Shown: piece by piece, positions 23,960-33,856 of the stretch
Position numbering within the stretch: position 1 is the first letter of the stretch
How the letters are laid out: each line of letters begins with the position of its first letter
Virus record (IMG/VR): IMGVR_UViG_3300028275_000007
DNA length: 64,000 nucleotides
Direction: 5' to 3' (one strand)
DNA from: a virus
Taxonomy: Duplodnaviria; Caudoviricetes
Position numbers and translations under genes: made by a program
Notes under the pieces: model-generated
The model's input: only the letters and a program-made list of their open reading frames with translations
Databases searched by the model: none
What the model was told of the DNA's origin: nothing

Positions 23960-25446
23960 GTATTCACCTTAATAATTGTAAAGGGGTATTTCGCCTCCTT
24001 ATAGTATTTTTTACGTTCTGTTAAATGTCGTTTTGCATATTTGCAGGTACTAGTTATATCCCAGATTTCAACGTGGTCTTTGTCTTCTGCTTTTCTAATA
24101 CCTCGCCCAATAGATTGTATAACCCTAACAAAGCTCTTTCCGGGTTCCAAAAGAACCAAATTAAAAATCCTAGGGATATTAATACCCACAGCGGCCACAC
24201 CATAAGTCGCCACAATAATCTTTTCATTGCTAGTCCGTACTTCATCGTATTCTTCCTTTCGATCATCTAACTTAACGCTACCGTTGATAAACACCGCATC
24301 TGGCAATTGCTCCATTAGTTTATTTCCAGTATCAATGCGATTGATGAGGACTAGGGTGTTGCCTGATTGACTTAATTCTTTAATTTTATTTGCTATCCAA
24401 GTTAATCTTTTTGGATCAGTTACTAACCAAGTATACTCTTCTTGATAACTTCTAAACACCTCAACATCGTTAGTTTGAACAATATTAATATTAAGATTTG
24501 CCAACACTCCTTTTTGTTGTAGATCGTGTGCAGATACGTTATTAATAACTGGACCAATGCTAGCAAGGATACCTTGAAATTCCCAATTTTCCTTAGGGAC
24601 AGTTCCAGTTAATCCCCAACGAATGGCACAATTTCTAAAGTTTTGTGTAAGAAGTTTTGTTAATACATCTGCCTTAGCCTGATGGACTTCGTCAACAATG
24701 ATTGCTACTACTCCTTCACAAAACTCTGCTAACGAAAGACTCTCTTCGTCATAACTCTTTTTATCCAAGACGTTAAGACTTTGCCAAGTACAGATAGTGT
24801 GCGTTCTGTTAAGTTCTTTTCTATCACCAAAATAAACTCCTACATCTAATCCTAAATTTTTGTAGTCTTCTTCAGTTTGGACAACAAGCGATTTGTTCGG
24901 AACAATAACCATCGTACGGCCATACGGTTCACAAAGATGCGATAACGTCGCAGTAGTAATTGTCTTGCCGGCACCTGTTGCTACCTCCTGTAGAGCTTGT
25001 GGATTTTCTAAAAATTTATTAACAACGTCATATTGATAATCACGTAAAACAATTGGCTGTCCTTCGGCAGGATGACCTTTAGGCCAAGTTTTTCCTTTGT
25101 CTGCCCAATAGTTTTCAGTTACTGGATCGAATTTAAAATCATGAGAAGATCTTAAATCTTCAACTTCAATGTCGTATCCTGCTTCATCTATTATAGGAAG
25201 AATAACATCTAAGTGTGCAAGATAACCGTTGCCACCAATGCTAAAATATGTTTTAGTTCCGTCCCAGCGACCTAGTTTGTAGGCTGGCATATGCCTTGCA
25301 TAGGGAAGGTCAAATTTTAATTTGTTGACAATTTTTCTTCGTGTTTCAACACTAAGTCCATCGACTTTAATGTTAACTTCATCTCTAATTGTAAGTTTAC
25401 AATTCGACAATCTTTCTTCCTTTATGAGTGCTTGGTTTTGCTGCAC
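23956..25446 (-). CDS. uvsW: UvsW-like SF2 helicase (true start may be TTG at 25410)
   Basis: ATGAGKT; IVDEVH; GLTGT; QSIGRGIR. Confidence 0.9.
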   Translation of the reverse strand: MQQNQALIKEERLSNCKLTIRDEVNIKVDGLSVETRRKIVNKLKFDLPYARHMPAYKLGRWDGTKTYFSIGGNGYLAHLDVILPIIDEAGYDIEVEDLRSSHDFKFDPVTENYWADKGKTWPKGHPAEGQPIVLRDYQYDVVNKFLENPQALQEVATGAGKTITTATLSHLCEPYGRTMVIVPNKSLVVQTEEDYKNLGLDVGVYFGDRKELNRTHTICTWQSLNVLDKKSYDEESLSLAEFCEGVVAIIVDEVHQAKADVLTKLLTQNFRNCAIRWGLTGTVPKENWEFQGILASIGPVINNVSAHDLQQKGVLANLNINIVQTNDVEVFRSYQEEYTWLVTDPKRLTWIANKIKELSQSGNTLVLINRIDTGNKLMEQLPDAVFINGSVKLDDRKEEYDEVRTSNEKIIVATYGVAAVGINIPRIFNLVLLEPGKSFVRVIQSIGRGIRKAEDKDHVEIWDITSTCKYAKRHLTERKKYYKEAKYPFTIIKVNT

Positions 25447-26584
25447 CTAGATAAATTACACAAGGATGAGAATCAAACCAATCTTTTGTAATAACACTTG
25501 TTGGCGGATAAATGTTATTTGTTACTAACATTTTAACATCAAGGTTATCTTTAAACAACCATTTAGCTGGCTTAGATTCAAATATTAAAAATTTTCCAGT
25601 ATCCACTTTGCCGCCAACACCTGCTAGTTTAATCCAGTCATTAAGACCGGTCTTTGAATCTTTAGTATCTCTAAAACATACCTTAATTTCTTCTCTAGGA
25701 ACACTATTTTGATCAGCTGCTTTTACAAATTCTTGTAACCATTTTAGTGTGTCAGATGTTCTATCTAAAATTATACAGACTCTGCCTTTAACGGTAGTGC
25801 TAATGTTAAAGAAATCTTGAACATTTTTAATCCAGAATAAATTTTCAGACGAAGATGCTATTTTTTCTACTAAACTTACCGGATTTTTTTTCAATGGAAA
25901 TCCCATACTCTTAGCCAGTAATAAATCATTGTTTAATGATTCGGTGCGAGTATTTGACCACCATTCTTCGGTTTCTGGATCAGCATTTACTAATTCAACT
26001 TTTGAATTAATTATTTCCGAACAGGGAATAATGTTGTCTGAATTTTGCCATATTTCTTCAACATCTGACAACACACTCATAAAACTGTCGTCAATTACAA
26101 AGTTGTGTTTATTAGCAAATTCATATAGACTGATCAAGTTGTATTCGTAAAATTTTAAACGTCGAACTTTGTCTTCTTGATCCCAATGACTGACTCTAGT
26201 TGAATTAGGCAAGTTAACATTTATTTCATCGTCAAACTCTTTTTTCAATTGATATGGAAATTTTAGACAAATTTCTAAAGATCCATCTTTGTTTTCTACA
26301 TAGATTTTTTTTGTAAGATCTAGTACTCTAAAAGGTCTTTGCCATTGCGCTGTTAACAATGCGTCTTTGTAATCAAAACCCAATAATGCCGATACATTTT
26401 TGTATTTTTCTAATATTTTTAAAATGTAGTTAGCTTGATTTTTTGTTAGTTCGCTGTCATTGGAAATTTTCTCGTGAAAACTAAGAATAGGCGAGAAGTC
26501 CTGGTGCTGAACGTGTAGTTGACCAGATTGAACAAGAGTATAAAAACGAAGAAAAATGTCTTCGGCATACACAGAGCTTAACAT
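25397..26584 (-). CDS. hypothetical protein
   Basis: 395 aa ORF with its own promoter. Confidence 0.75.
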   Translation of the reverse strand: MLSSVYAEDIFLRFYTLVQSGQLHVQHQDFSPILSFHEKISNDSELTKNQANYILKILEKYKNVSALLGFDYKDALLTAQWQRPFRVLDLTKKIYVENKDGSLEICLKFPYQLKKEFDDEINVNLPNSTRVSHWDQEDKVRRLKFYEYNLISLYEFANKHNFVIDDSFMSVLSDVEEIWQNSDNIIPCSEIINSKVELVNADPETEEWWSNTRTESLNNDLLLAKSMGFPLKKNPVSLVEKIASSSENLFWIKNVQDFFNISTTVKGRVCIILDRTSDTLKWLQEFVKAADQNSVPREEIKVCFRDTKDSKTGLNDWIKLAGVGGKVDTGKFLIFESKPAKWLFKDNLDVKMLVTNNIYPPTSVITKDWFDSHPCVIYLGAAKPSTHKGRKIVEL

Positions 26585-26590
26585 TTAATT

Positions 26591-26619
26591 ATTATATAAC
26601 AGGCAGATATGAAAGTCAA
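26591..26619 (-). promoter_or_regulatory. sigma70 promoter, probably leaderless
   Basis: TTGACT-N17-TATAAT-N6-ATG. Confidence 0.8.
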
Positions 26620-27440
26620 CCGAACAATCTTGCCAAAGGAATACCTTGACTTATTTCGTCAACAGTCCATTCGGTATGGCAGAGTTTGAGAAACCATTCT
26701 TCTCTATCTGGCAATGTGGGATTTTCAAGATTTTCCCATTTAATGCTTAATTCGCCAGCTAGGCTAGAAGAATCACAGAGCACGGGAATCCCATTTATAG
26801 GAGCTTGAACAGACGGTCCTGCATTATAATTAATCACGCAATGATAGTTGTAAAAAATATCAAAATTATCATAGGTGTTTGGAATATGTCTAGGCCTCTC
26901 TAATATTACATTAGGCACACTAAACGGAAATGGAGACCTTGGATGTGGTCTAACTATAATCCTGCGCTGTGAGTGCCGTCTAATTTTAGAAATCGTATCC
27001 TTACACCATTCTGCCATAGTTGGCATACCTTCCCATTGAAGACTTTCTTGATGTTGGCAAGCCACTAGTATCTCTCCTCTTGTTTTGTTAGGAGGAGATT
27101 TTAATTCTATACCTAATTTTCCTGGTCTCGAGGAGTCTAAATTTGTAAGATTATTAAAAACGCCTAATCCGTTTATATGGTTTAAAGAAATTCTCCAGGT
27201 CTCGTTCCTTTTTAAATTTCCAACTTCTATAATTAAAACAGATTTTTTATTTTTTATAGCATTATGATATATGGCTTGATTGTTTTTCATCCTGCCTGAC
27301 CATAAAACTGACCAAATTACCGGTATGTCTTCGTCTTTATTAACAATTTCGTGGCCAAGTGAACGCAGTCCTTGTTCGACTGCATTAAAAATTGGTGCGC
27401 TGTTTAAGGCACCGTATTCACGATAAAGTTTGAAGCGCAT
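26616..27440 (-). CDS. KpsS/KpsC-like GT-B capsule-type transferase
   Basis: ILVACQ, IIVRPHP, VINYNAGPSVQA..GIPV. Confidence 0.7.
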   Translation of the reverse strand: MRFKLYREYGALNSAPIFNAVEQGLRSLGHEIVNKDEDIPVIWSVLWSGRMKNNQAIYHNAIKNKKSVLIIEVGNLKRNETWRISLNHINGLGVFNNLTNLDSSRPGKLGIELKSPPNKTRGEILVACQHQESLQWEGMPTMAEWCKDTISKIRRHSQRRIIVRPHPRSPFPFSVPNVILERPRHIPNTYDNFDIFYNYHCVINYNAGPSVQAPINGIPVLCDSSSLAGELSIKWENLENPTLPDREEWFLKLCHTEWTVDEISQGIPLARLFG

Positions 27441-27474
27441 AGGAGTAATAAATATCAGAGTATTTAATTAATTT

Positions 27475-27873
27475 ATGGCCTCGTTTGAAAAAAAGATCAA
27501 AAAAATTATTGGCAGAGCAGAAAATGCTTTGGTAATTGGTGACGGTTTTGGAATGTTGCAGGACATAGTGTCTTTACATAACACAACTTTTATAATAGAA
27601 GCAGAAGATAGATCTTTAAAATCAAAAAAATTAATTTATAGAGAAAATTTTGACTATATTGAAACATTATATGAAATAAAGGCCATATACTTTAACCTAG
27701 ATAAAATAGATAGGCTGGAAAAATTGAATAATTTTTGGACAAGATTTAAATCTGTTGTAATAGTCGAAGGAAATTCTATAGTAGACAAAAAAACAATGAA
27801 GGCTCTATACAATACAGGCTGGGTATGCACCTCGGTTGATAAAAAATTTCACGTTTGGGAAAAAAGAAAATGA
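27475..27873 (+). CDS. hypothetical protein (possible degenerate Rossmann fold)
   Basis: 132 aa; ALVIGDG; ATAAATA upstream. Confidence 0.6.
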   Translation: MASFEKKIKKIIGRAENALVIGDGFGMLQDIVSLHNTTFIIEAEDRSLKSKKLIYRENFDYIETLYEIKAIYFNLDKIDRLEKLNNFWTRFKSVVIVEGNSIVDKKTMKALYNTGWVCTSVDKKFHVWEKRK

Positions 27874-28685
27874 AATATGCAGTGGTAACAACTTTTAATG
27901 ATGCGGGTCGTGCAAAATACGGCCAAAAAATGATAGATAGTTTTTGTGAAAAGTGGCCAGAAGAGGTCACCCTTCACATTTATCCAGAACTTTGTAATCC
28001 TGCAATACGAAATCACAATCACGTGACATTAAAACGCCTTGAAGAAGTTGAAGAGCTTATGAAATTTAAAGAAAAGTGGAAAAATGTTCCCAAGGCTAAC
28101 GGCGATGTATCAGCAGATCCTATTCGAAGTCGAAGAAAAGATGCTGGCAAAGGTTTTAAATGGGATGCTGTTAGATTTGCCCACAAAGTCTATGCAATTT
28201 TTCACTGTGCTAAGGAAACTGACGCAGATATTTTAGTTTGGATGGACGCAGATACCATTTGTCATAGTCCAATTACCATGGAAACAATTCAACGTCTAAT
28301 TCCGGCAGACAAAGATTTGTGTTTTCTTGGAAGAAAAGGAAAATTTAGTGAATGTGGCCTTTACGCAATGAATTTGCGTTCACCTGCTGTTCAAAAATTC
28401 TTAGAAAAATTTCAATGGATGTACGATTGTGCAGAATTAGGAATTTTTACCTTAGAAGAATGGCATGATAGTTTTGTATTTGATGTCGTACGACGAAATT
28501 CAACCTTAAATGAATTAGATTGGAGCAGCCATCTTATCACTGGAGAAGGTCATCCGCTGATTAACAGTGAATGGGGAGCATATCTTGACCATTTGAAAGG
28601 CGGTAGAAAAGATCTAGGCCGTAGTAAGCCTCAAGATCTAAAGGTTAGAAGAAAAGAAAGTTATTGGCAAACTGGAACAGTTTGA
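27870..28685 (+). CDS. GT-A nucleotide-diphospho-sugar transferase
   Basis: VVTTF; WDAVRFAHKV; WMDAD (DxD); ECG; YLDHLKG. Confidence 0.75.
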   Translation: MKYAVVTTFNDAGRAKYGQKMIDSFCEKWPEEVTLHIYPELCNPAIRNHNHVTLKRLEEVEELMKFKEKWKNVPKANGDVSADPIRSRRKDAGKGFKWDAVRFAHKVYAIFHCAKETDADILVWMDADTICHSPITMETIQRLIPADKDLCFLGRKGKFSECGLYAMNLRSPAVQKFLEKFQWMYDCAELGIFTLEEWHDSFVFDVVRRNSTLNELDWSSHLITGEGHPLINSEWGAYLDHLKGGRKDLGRSKPQDLKVRRKESYWQTGTV

Positions 28686-29410
28686 ATATTGCCAATTAAT
28701 TCTTCAATACTCGTATCAAGGTCATCATCTTCTTTTAGTCCTGCCTTAAAATGAGTAAAATAATCTTTTAGTATGGTTCTTGGCATCGGAGTTTTGTGAA
28801 AGTTAGGATTAATTTCATTCATACCTCCTAATTTTTCTAAATCTTTAATAGTTGCTCCAAGGACTTCACCGTCATAGAATCTTCTTAAATTCTCAGTTAA
28901 TCGATTATCATAATATTCACGATATCTCTTTGAAAATAATGAAAAATTTTGATGAGTTTTGTTTACAACAAAAAAACTTGATTCACAACTGAAATATTCT
29001 TTGTCATTTGCTTCGTGCCATACACCCATAAACGTAGTTAGATCTTTAGACGAACATAAATTTTCTAAAAATTCTCTAGGAACCGCTGTATGTGTTAATA
29101 CATCAGAATCAATCCATATTAATAGATCGCAATCTATGTTTTCCATAGCGTGAATTACAGAATAACCTTTTTTAGAAAAAGTTTTTACTCTTTGTTTAAA
29201 TTTTGTTTTTTGCAAATCAAAATATTCAACAGGAAGTTCTGTAAAAGGAATTTGTATAATACGTGGATCGGGAGTTAATGACATTTCTTCCACGTAACAG
29301 GTTAAATTAATGTCAGTTGGCCAATTTTTTAAAAATGTAGCAACACAATATTTGCCAATTAACTCATAATATTTTTCGTTAAAACTTGTAATAACAGAAA
29401 TCTTTTTCAT
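28661..29410 (-). CDS. GT-A transferase paralog
   Basis: VITSF; FSKKGY; WIDSD; CESSF; YFTHFK. Confidence 0.75.
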   Translation of the reverse strand: MKKISVITSFNEKYYELIGKYCVATFLKNWPTDINLTCYVEEMSLTPDPRIIQIPFTELPVEYFDLQKTKFKQRVKTFSKKGYSVIHAMENIDCDLLIWIDSDVLTHTAVPREFLENLCSSKDLTTFMGVWHEANDKEYFSCESSFFVVNKTHQNFSLFSKRYREYYDNRLTENLRRFYDGEVLGATIKDLEKLGGMNEINPNFHKTPMPRTILKDYFTHFKAGLKEDDDLDTSIEELIGNIQTVPVCQ

Positions 29411-30339
29411 ATAAATTTTTTCATATGGCTCCAGCATTCGCCGGATCTTAGTTCGTCAAAATTCCAATGAAACATGGCTAATCGTTCAAGCCATCTGTCT
29501 CTATAGGGCATTTGTGGATTTTCAATTTGAGATAAATCAGTATTAGCAATTTCTGCGCACTGACTACGGGCAGGATCCATTACAAAAATAGGAACACCTT
29601 CAATCGCTGCTCCTACAGCAGGACTTGAATTATAATTAATTGCTGCCCAACAATCTACTAAATCATCTTCTAAATTTTTATTATAGCTAAGAGTGATTCT
29701 TTTAGAAAATTTAATTTTACATCTACCTAGTCTAGGATTAAGATAATTTATAGCATCTTTATCTCCAGGATGTGGTCGTATAATTATGTGTCGATCGGAA
29801 TATTGTCTTACCTGAGCTATAACATCGTTAGCCCAGTCTTGTACATCAAGATTTCCCATACTCCATCCGCCGTTTCTTTGTAGCAACAACAAAATATGGT
29901 CTCCGTTAGTTCTCCACTCTTTAGGTTGAATTTTTAAATTATGACTAATTTTTTTCCATCGAAATGGATCAATTTCCGTATCACAATAAATTCCTGTATT
30001 AGGAAATATTCCATCAAAACTGTATCTGAGATAATGCAAAGGATTTTCTTTATTTTTATAAAGAAATAAATTGCTGTCAACACCTATTACGTGTCTTTTA
30101 TTTTTAAGTTGTTGTTGAATAACAGTATTTCTTAAGAGTAAATGCTTACCAGTTGGCCGACCGGGAGCGACCCAACCTTGTATAATGGCCACATCCGATG
30201 GTCGATAAGAGTGATCAAGATAGTCGTAGACTATTGATCCTGTTCTTCTAGCACCTTCAGAGAAGTATCTTAAAAGATCAATTTTTTCTTGGCTCTTTTT
30301 GTTTGGTACAGAACCGTGGTATACCGCTACTGTTGTCAT
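29407..30339 (-). CDS. KpsS/KpsC-like GT-B transferase paralog
   Basis: ILLLLQR; IIIRPHP; INYNSSPAVGAAIEGVP. Confidence 0.7.
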   Translation of the reverse strand: MTTVAVYHGSVPNKKSQEKIDLLRYFSEGARRTGSIVYDYLDHSYRPSDVAIIQGWVAPGRPTGKHLLLRNTVIQQQLKNKRHVIGVDSNLFLYKNKENPLHYLRYSFDGIFPNTGIYCDTEIDPFRWKKISHNLKIQPKEWRTNGDHILLLLQRNGGWSMGNLDVQDWANDVIAQVRQYSDRHIIIRPHPGDKDAINYLNPRLGRCKIKFSKRITLSYNKNLEDDLVDCWAAINYNSSPAVGAAIEGVPIFVMDPARSQCAEIANTDLSQIENPQMPYRDRWLERLAMFHWNFDELRSGECWSHMKKFI

Positions 30340-31019
30340 TTATTCTTTTCAATTAATAATTTTTTATTATCTTTATTAATCCAATGTTTAAAATATGGAG
30401 CAAAGTGACTATTAGCTAATGCTTCTGCATTAGGACATTTTTTCTTGCATAAATTTAAAAATCCTCTTTCCATTGCCACAGCACCTAATGCCTGTGCATC
30501 GTAAGGTTTCCATAGACTAAACAAGTTATCTTGATTTAGATACATATTTTCATATTTTCTAACAACCAAATCGATCTTATCGGCAGTTTGATTAAAAACA
30601 ACTATGCCGGATTCCCAACAGTCTTCGCCGTCACCGGAGTTTAACATTGCAATTGGTTCCATAAAACTAAAAGAAAAAATAGATTCTGGTAAAGTGGATG
30701 CTGTTTGTTCAACGTCAGCATCTATCCAAACTATTCTTTCATCTTTACCTCGTTCTCTCATTGCAGATATCTGGGCGCAGGCTTTACCCCAGAATTTTCT
30801 AATTTTTGTAGAATCTCTATCTTCTAAATTTAGATTAGGAACACGAACTAATTTTTTAACAAAGGATGATGGTAGTTCATTGATCCAGGCTATGTCACCT
30901 TCTTGTTGATCGATATAAACTGTCACTGTGCCTGGAAAATTTTTCCAAGTCTTTAGACAAAATTTTCCTGTTCCTTCCCAATATTCTTTAGAAAGACTGG
31001 TAATAAAATTTAAGTTCAT
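30336..31019 (-). CDS. GT-A transferase paralog
   Basis: FITSL; FWGKA; WIDAD; WESG; YFKHW. Confidence 0.7.
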   Translation of the reverse strand: MNLNFITSLSKEYWEGTGKFCLKTWKNFPGTVTVYIDQQEGDIAWINELPSSFVKKLVRVPNLNLEDRDSTKIRKFWGKACAQISAMRERGKDERIVWIDADVEQTASTLPESIFSFSFMEPIAMLNSGDGEDCWESGIVVFNQTADKIDLVVRKYENMYLNQDNLFSLWKPYDAQALGAVAMERGFLNLCKKKCPNAEALANSHFAPYFKHWINKDNKKLLIEKNK

Positions 31020-31846
31020 CTATGTTCCTTTATTAACTCATATGTTTCTTCTAACATCTTTTTTGCAGAACCATCTCTAAGTTCGTTGTTATGATATTGC
31101 AGATATGCTAGATGACAAGCCCAAGCATAAACTTTATCCTTGTCTGCATAATACGGATTTTCAATCTTGCTTAAGTCTCTTAATGTTACTGGACTAGCCG
31201 CATGGCTTGGAGCAAGTATAAATGCTGGTATTCCGTGTAGGACTGACTCAGTTGCAGAATTACTATTAAAAGTAACTAGGCAATGAACATCGTCATCGAG
31301 TGCTTCTTTTAGTGTATTATGAATTACACGATCTAATCTACTCTTAACTCTATCCCTAACAACAATCGGTCTATCGGTATATTTCTTAATTGTTTCTATA
31401 GTTTCTTCCAACCATTGTTCTCGATCTAATCCGTAGAACCTCATAGGTTTTTCATCGGGTGCAGCAATTAAAACTTTTCTTCCGCCTTTTTTCCAATCGC
31501 TAATCGGAATAGCTAACTGTTTAAATCTATCATTAGGTCTAGGAATTATATCTCCTTCGTATTGCAAATCGTTTTTTACAATTCTATGATAGTATTTCCA
31601 ACCCATTGGATTTACAGGACTTTTTTGATTTCCTAAATATCCAGTGTCAATAAAATAAAAATCTCGTTGTTCACGCCAGCATTGTTGAATTATTTTCTTT
31701 TTTAATATTCCTCTCATCACAATAGGATCTTCGGAATCTTCAAAGATAAAATCTTCAGTCGACACCACTCTTCCTCCGGTGCCGATAGCAAACATATTAA
31801 TATATTCGTCCTGGCCGTCTTTGCTTAAAAATAACCAATTGTTCAT
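31016..31846 (-). CDS. KpsS/KpsC-like GT-B transferase paralog
   Basis: FYFIDTGY; VLIAAP; VTFNSNSATESVLHGIP. Confidence 0.7.
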   Translation of the reverse strand: MNNWLFLSKDGQDEYINMFAIGTGGRVVSTEDFIFEDSEDPIVMRGILKKKIIQQCWREQRDFYFIDTGYLGNQKSPVNPMGWKYYHRIVKNDLQYEGDIIPRPNDRFKQLAIPISDWKKGGRKVLIAAPDEKPMRFYGLDREQWLEETIETIKKYTDRPIVVRDRVKSRLDRVIHNTLKEALDDDVHCLVTFNSNSATESVLHGIPAFILAPSHAASPVTLRDLSKIENPYYADKDKVYAWACHLAYLQYHNNELRDGSAKKMLEETYELIKEHR

Positions 31847-32523
31847 AGATTCCTTTGTTGACACCAATCTGCATAAATTCTTTCAAGATGCCATTCGCCT
31901 GAAAAACTTCCTTGATGTGCAAATTCGTGGAAGCAAGGTGTACCTAACGTATAATGAACTAATTTTGCATCTGGGTTATAATCATATTCGACATCCAGCC
32001 AGTTCCATTCTTTAGGCAATTCGCCAATGTCATTGTCTTCTAACCAAGTAAATCTATGTAGCTGTGCACCTGTAGATTTTTCAATGAAGTTAGGTGTTAA
32101 GATTCTATTTTTAGGATGGCTGCAATTCCATAAGATAACACTAGACCAATTTTTTCTAGGATAGTCTTCGTTCTTACTGCCTAGATATTTTTCTGTCATC
32201 TTAGTTTTATAGTCGTGTTTGACTACCATTACTGCCTTTGACTCGTCTCTTAGATTCCATAATTTTAAAATATCATCTCTTAAAATCATATCGCCGTCGA
32301 CAAATATAGCCCAGCCCATAAAGTCCGATAGGGCAGGTGTTAAGAATCTAGAGTAGATAAATTGATTACTACCATCGCTGTGTGTTTCTTTGTACTCATT
32401 GAATGTATTCAACGCCAGGGGAGTAATACTAACAGGGCAACTAGCCTGTCTAATAATACTGTTCGAACACACGTGAAACGCCACGGCTTCACGAGGATCG
32501 TACCCAATGAATATTCTAATCAT
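31843..32523 (-). CDS. GT8-like glycosyltransferase
   Basis: IFIGYDPRE; SRFL; FVDGD; YPRKNWSS; EWNWL; HYTLGTP. Confidence 0.8.
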   Translation of the reverse strand: MIRIFIGYDPREAVAFHVCSNSIIRQASCPVSITPLALNTFNEYKETHSDGSNQFIYSRFLTPALSDFMGWAIFVDGDMILRDDILKLWNLRDESKAVMVVKHDYKTKMTEKYLGSKNEDYPRKNWSSVILWNCSHPKNRILTPNFIEKSTGAQLHRFTWLEDNDIGELPKEWNWLDVEYDYNPDAKLVHYTLGTPCFHEFAHQGSFSGEWHLERIYADWCQQRNL

Positions 32524-33281
32524 TTTCTTTCTATGTCCTCTTCTTCGCAACGCTCACCGTATTGAATTTCTACAATTCTACAAGGCACATCGTAAGGGTT
32601 TGTTAATTGGTGCCATTGTCCGACTGGAATATCTTCTTCGTCGTGCAATTCTAATCTAGCAGTCGGCAACGAGTAACCGCTGTCCATCATTTTGTTAACA
32701 TCGGCTCTACCTTCACTCACTATCCAATATTCTGAACGATACTTATGTCTTTGCATTGATAATTTGCAACCTGGATTAACTGTTAGTTCCTTAACTTTCA
32801 TTCCAGGAACTTCGTGCAGAACACGATAGTAACCCCATTGACGTTCAGTCTTAGGTGCTTTCCATTCCTGTAAAATCCAAGAACTAGAATTCTTTTTATC
32901 TTCTCCGCCAACACCAAACACAAATTCTAGGTTGTCGTCTTTGATGTCCATTTCGGGAATATTTTCTTTGGTTCTATCTCCACCGTTGGCAAAAATAATA
33001 CGTTCTTGAGGATAACTTTGACGCACCATTTGTATGGCGTGTTTAGCACTACCGTCACTGTCATTAAAGTCTATAACAAAATCTACACCAACTATATTCC
33101 GTACAATTGATGCACGTTCCATATAAGGCATAAAAGGAGCACCTTTTTTGCGTGTTAGCCAAGCGTCAGAATTTACGCCTACAACTAAAATATCACCCAA
33201 TGCCTTTGCTGCTTTAAAATAAGCAATATGACCAGAATGTAGAGGATCAAAGCCTCCGGTAATTAAAACAATTTTTTTCAT
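32520..33281 (-). CDS. cytidylyltransferase (TagD/RfaE-like) fused to a mannose-6-P-isomerase-type cupin
   Basis: TGGFDPLHSGH (HxGH), GVNSD, NGGDR; C-terminal RQWGYY...LSMQRH..RSEYW...VEIQYG. Confidence 0.85.
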   Translation of the reverse strand: MKKIVLITGGFDPLHSGHIAYFKAAKALGDILVVGVNSDAWLTRKKGAPFMPYMERASIVRNIVGVDFVIDFNDSDGSAKHAIQMVRQSYPQERIIFANGGDRTKENIPEMDIKDDNLEFVFGVGGEDKKNSSSWILQEWKAPKTERQWGYYRVLHEVPGMKVKELTVNPGCKLSMQRHKYRSEYWIVSEGRADVNKMMDSGYSLPTARLELHDEEDIPVGQWHQLTNPYDVPCRIVEIQYGERCEEEDIERK

Positions 33282-33856
33282 AACAAATTTGTTCTTTCTT
33301 TCCATTCATTAAACGAACAAGTTTTAAATTCTATGTTGTCTTTTAAAAACCATGTTTCGAATAAATTTTCTTCTTTTTTATAATATACATCGGTAACTGC
33401 TACTTTATACCCGTTGTTTAATAAAAACTCAGTAGCAATTAAATTATAGTCAACTGTTGAATTATATAAATCGTGTTCAAATGTAATTATATCAAAAGTA
33501 ATTCCTTGACCAACAATATTCTTAAGAGCATTAAATGTATTTTCTGGAGGTTCTATATCACAAGACAAATAATTTATGTGTGTTGGTAAAAGATTTTCTG
33601 TTAATGCATTGATGTAATTAAATGTCAATGCATCTTCCCAATAAATTTTATTTTTTCTTTCAGGAGATTTTTCCCAAAACTCTTTTAAAGAATCATTGAA
33701 TTCTATGCCAAATCCTTTCCAGCCGCACGTTACTTCTAAATTATAAGTGTTACTGTTTTTTATTGGTTTATGAGCACCAACTTCAATGTATGTTCCATTA
33801 TTACCGAATAAAGAATATACGAATAAATCTTGATATGCTTGGGCTGTTGATTTCAT
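33278..33856 (-). CDS. FkbM-like methyltransferase
   Basis: GTYIEVGA; YLSCDIE; IITFEH. Confidence 0.7.
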   Translation of the reverse strand: MKSTAQAYQDLFVYSLFGNNGTYIEVGAHKPIKNSNTYNLEVTCGWKGFGIEFNDSLKEFWEKSPERKNKIYWEDALTFNYINALTENLLPTHINYLSCDIEPPENTFNALKNIVGQGITFDIITFEHDLYNSTVDYNLIATEFLLNNGYKVAVTDVYYKKEENLFETWFLKDNIEFKTCSFNEWKERTNLL

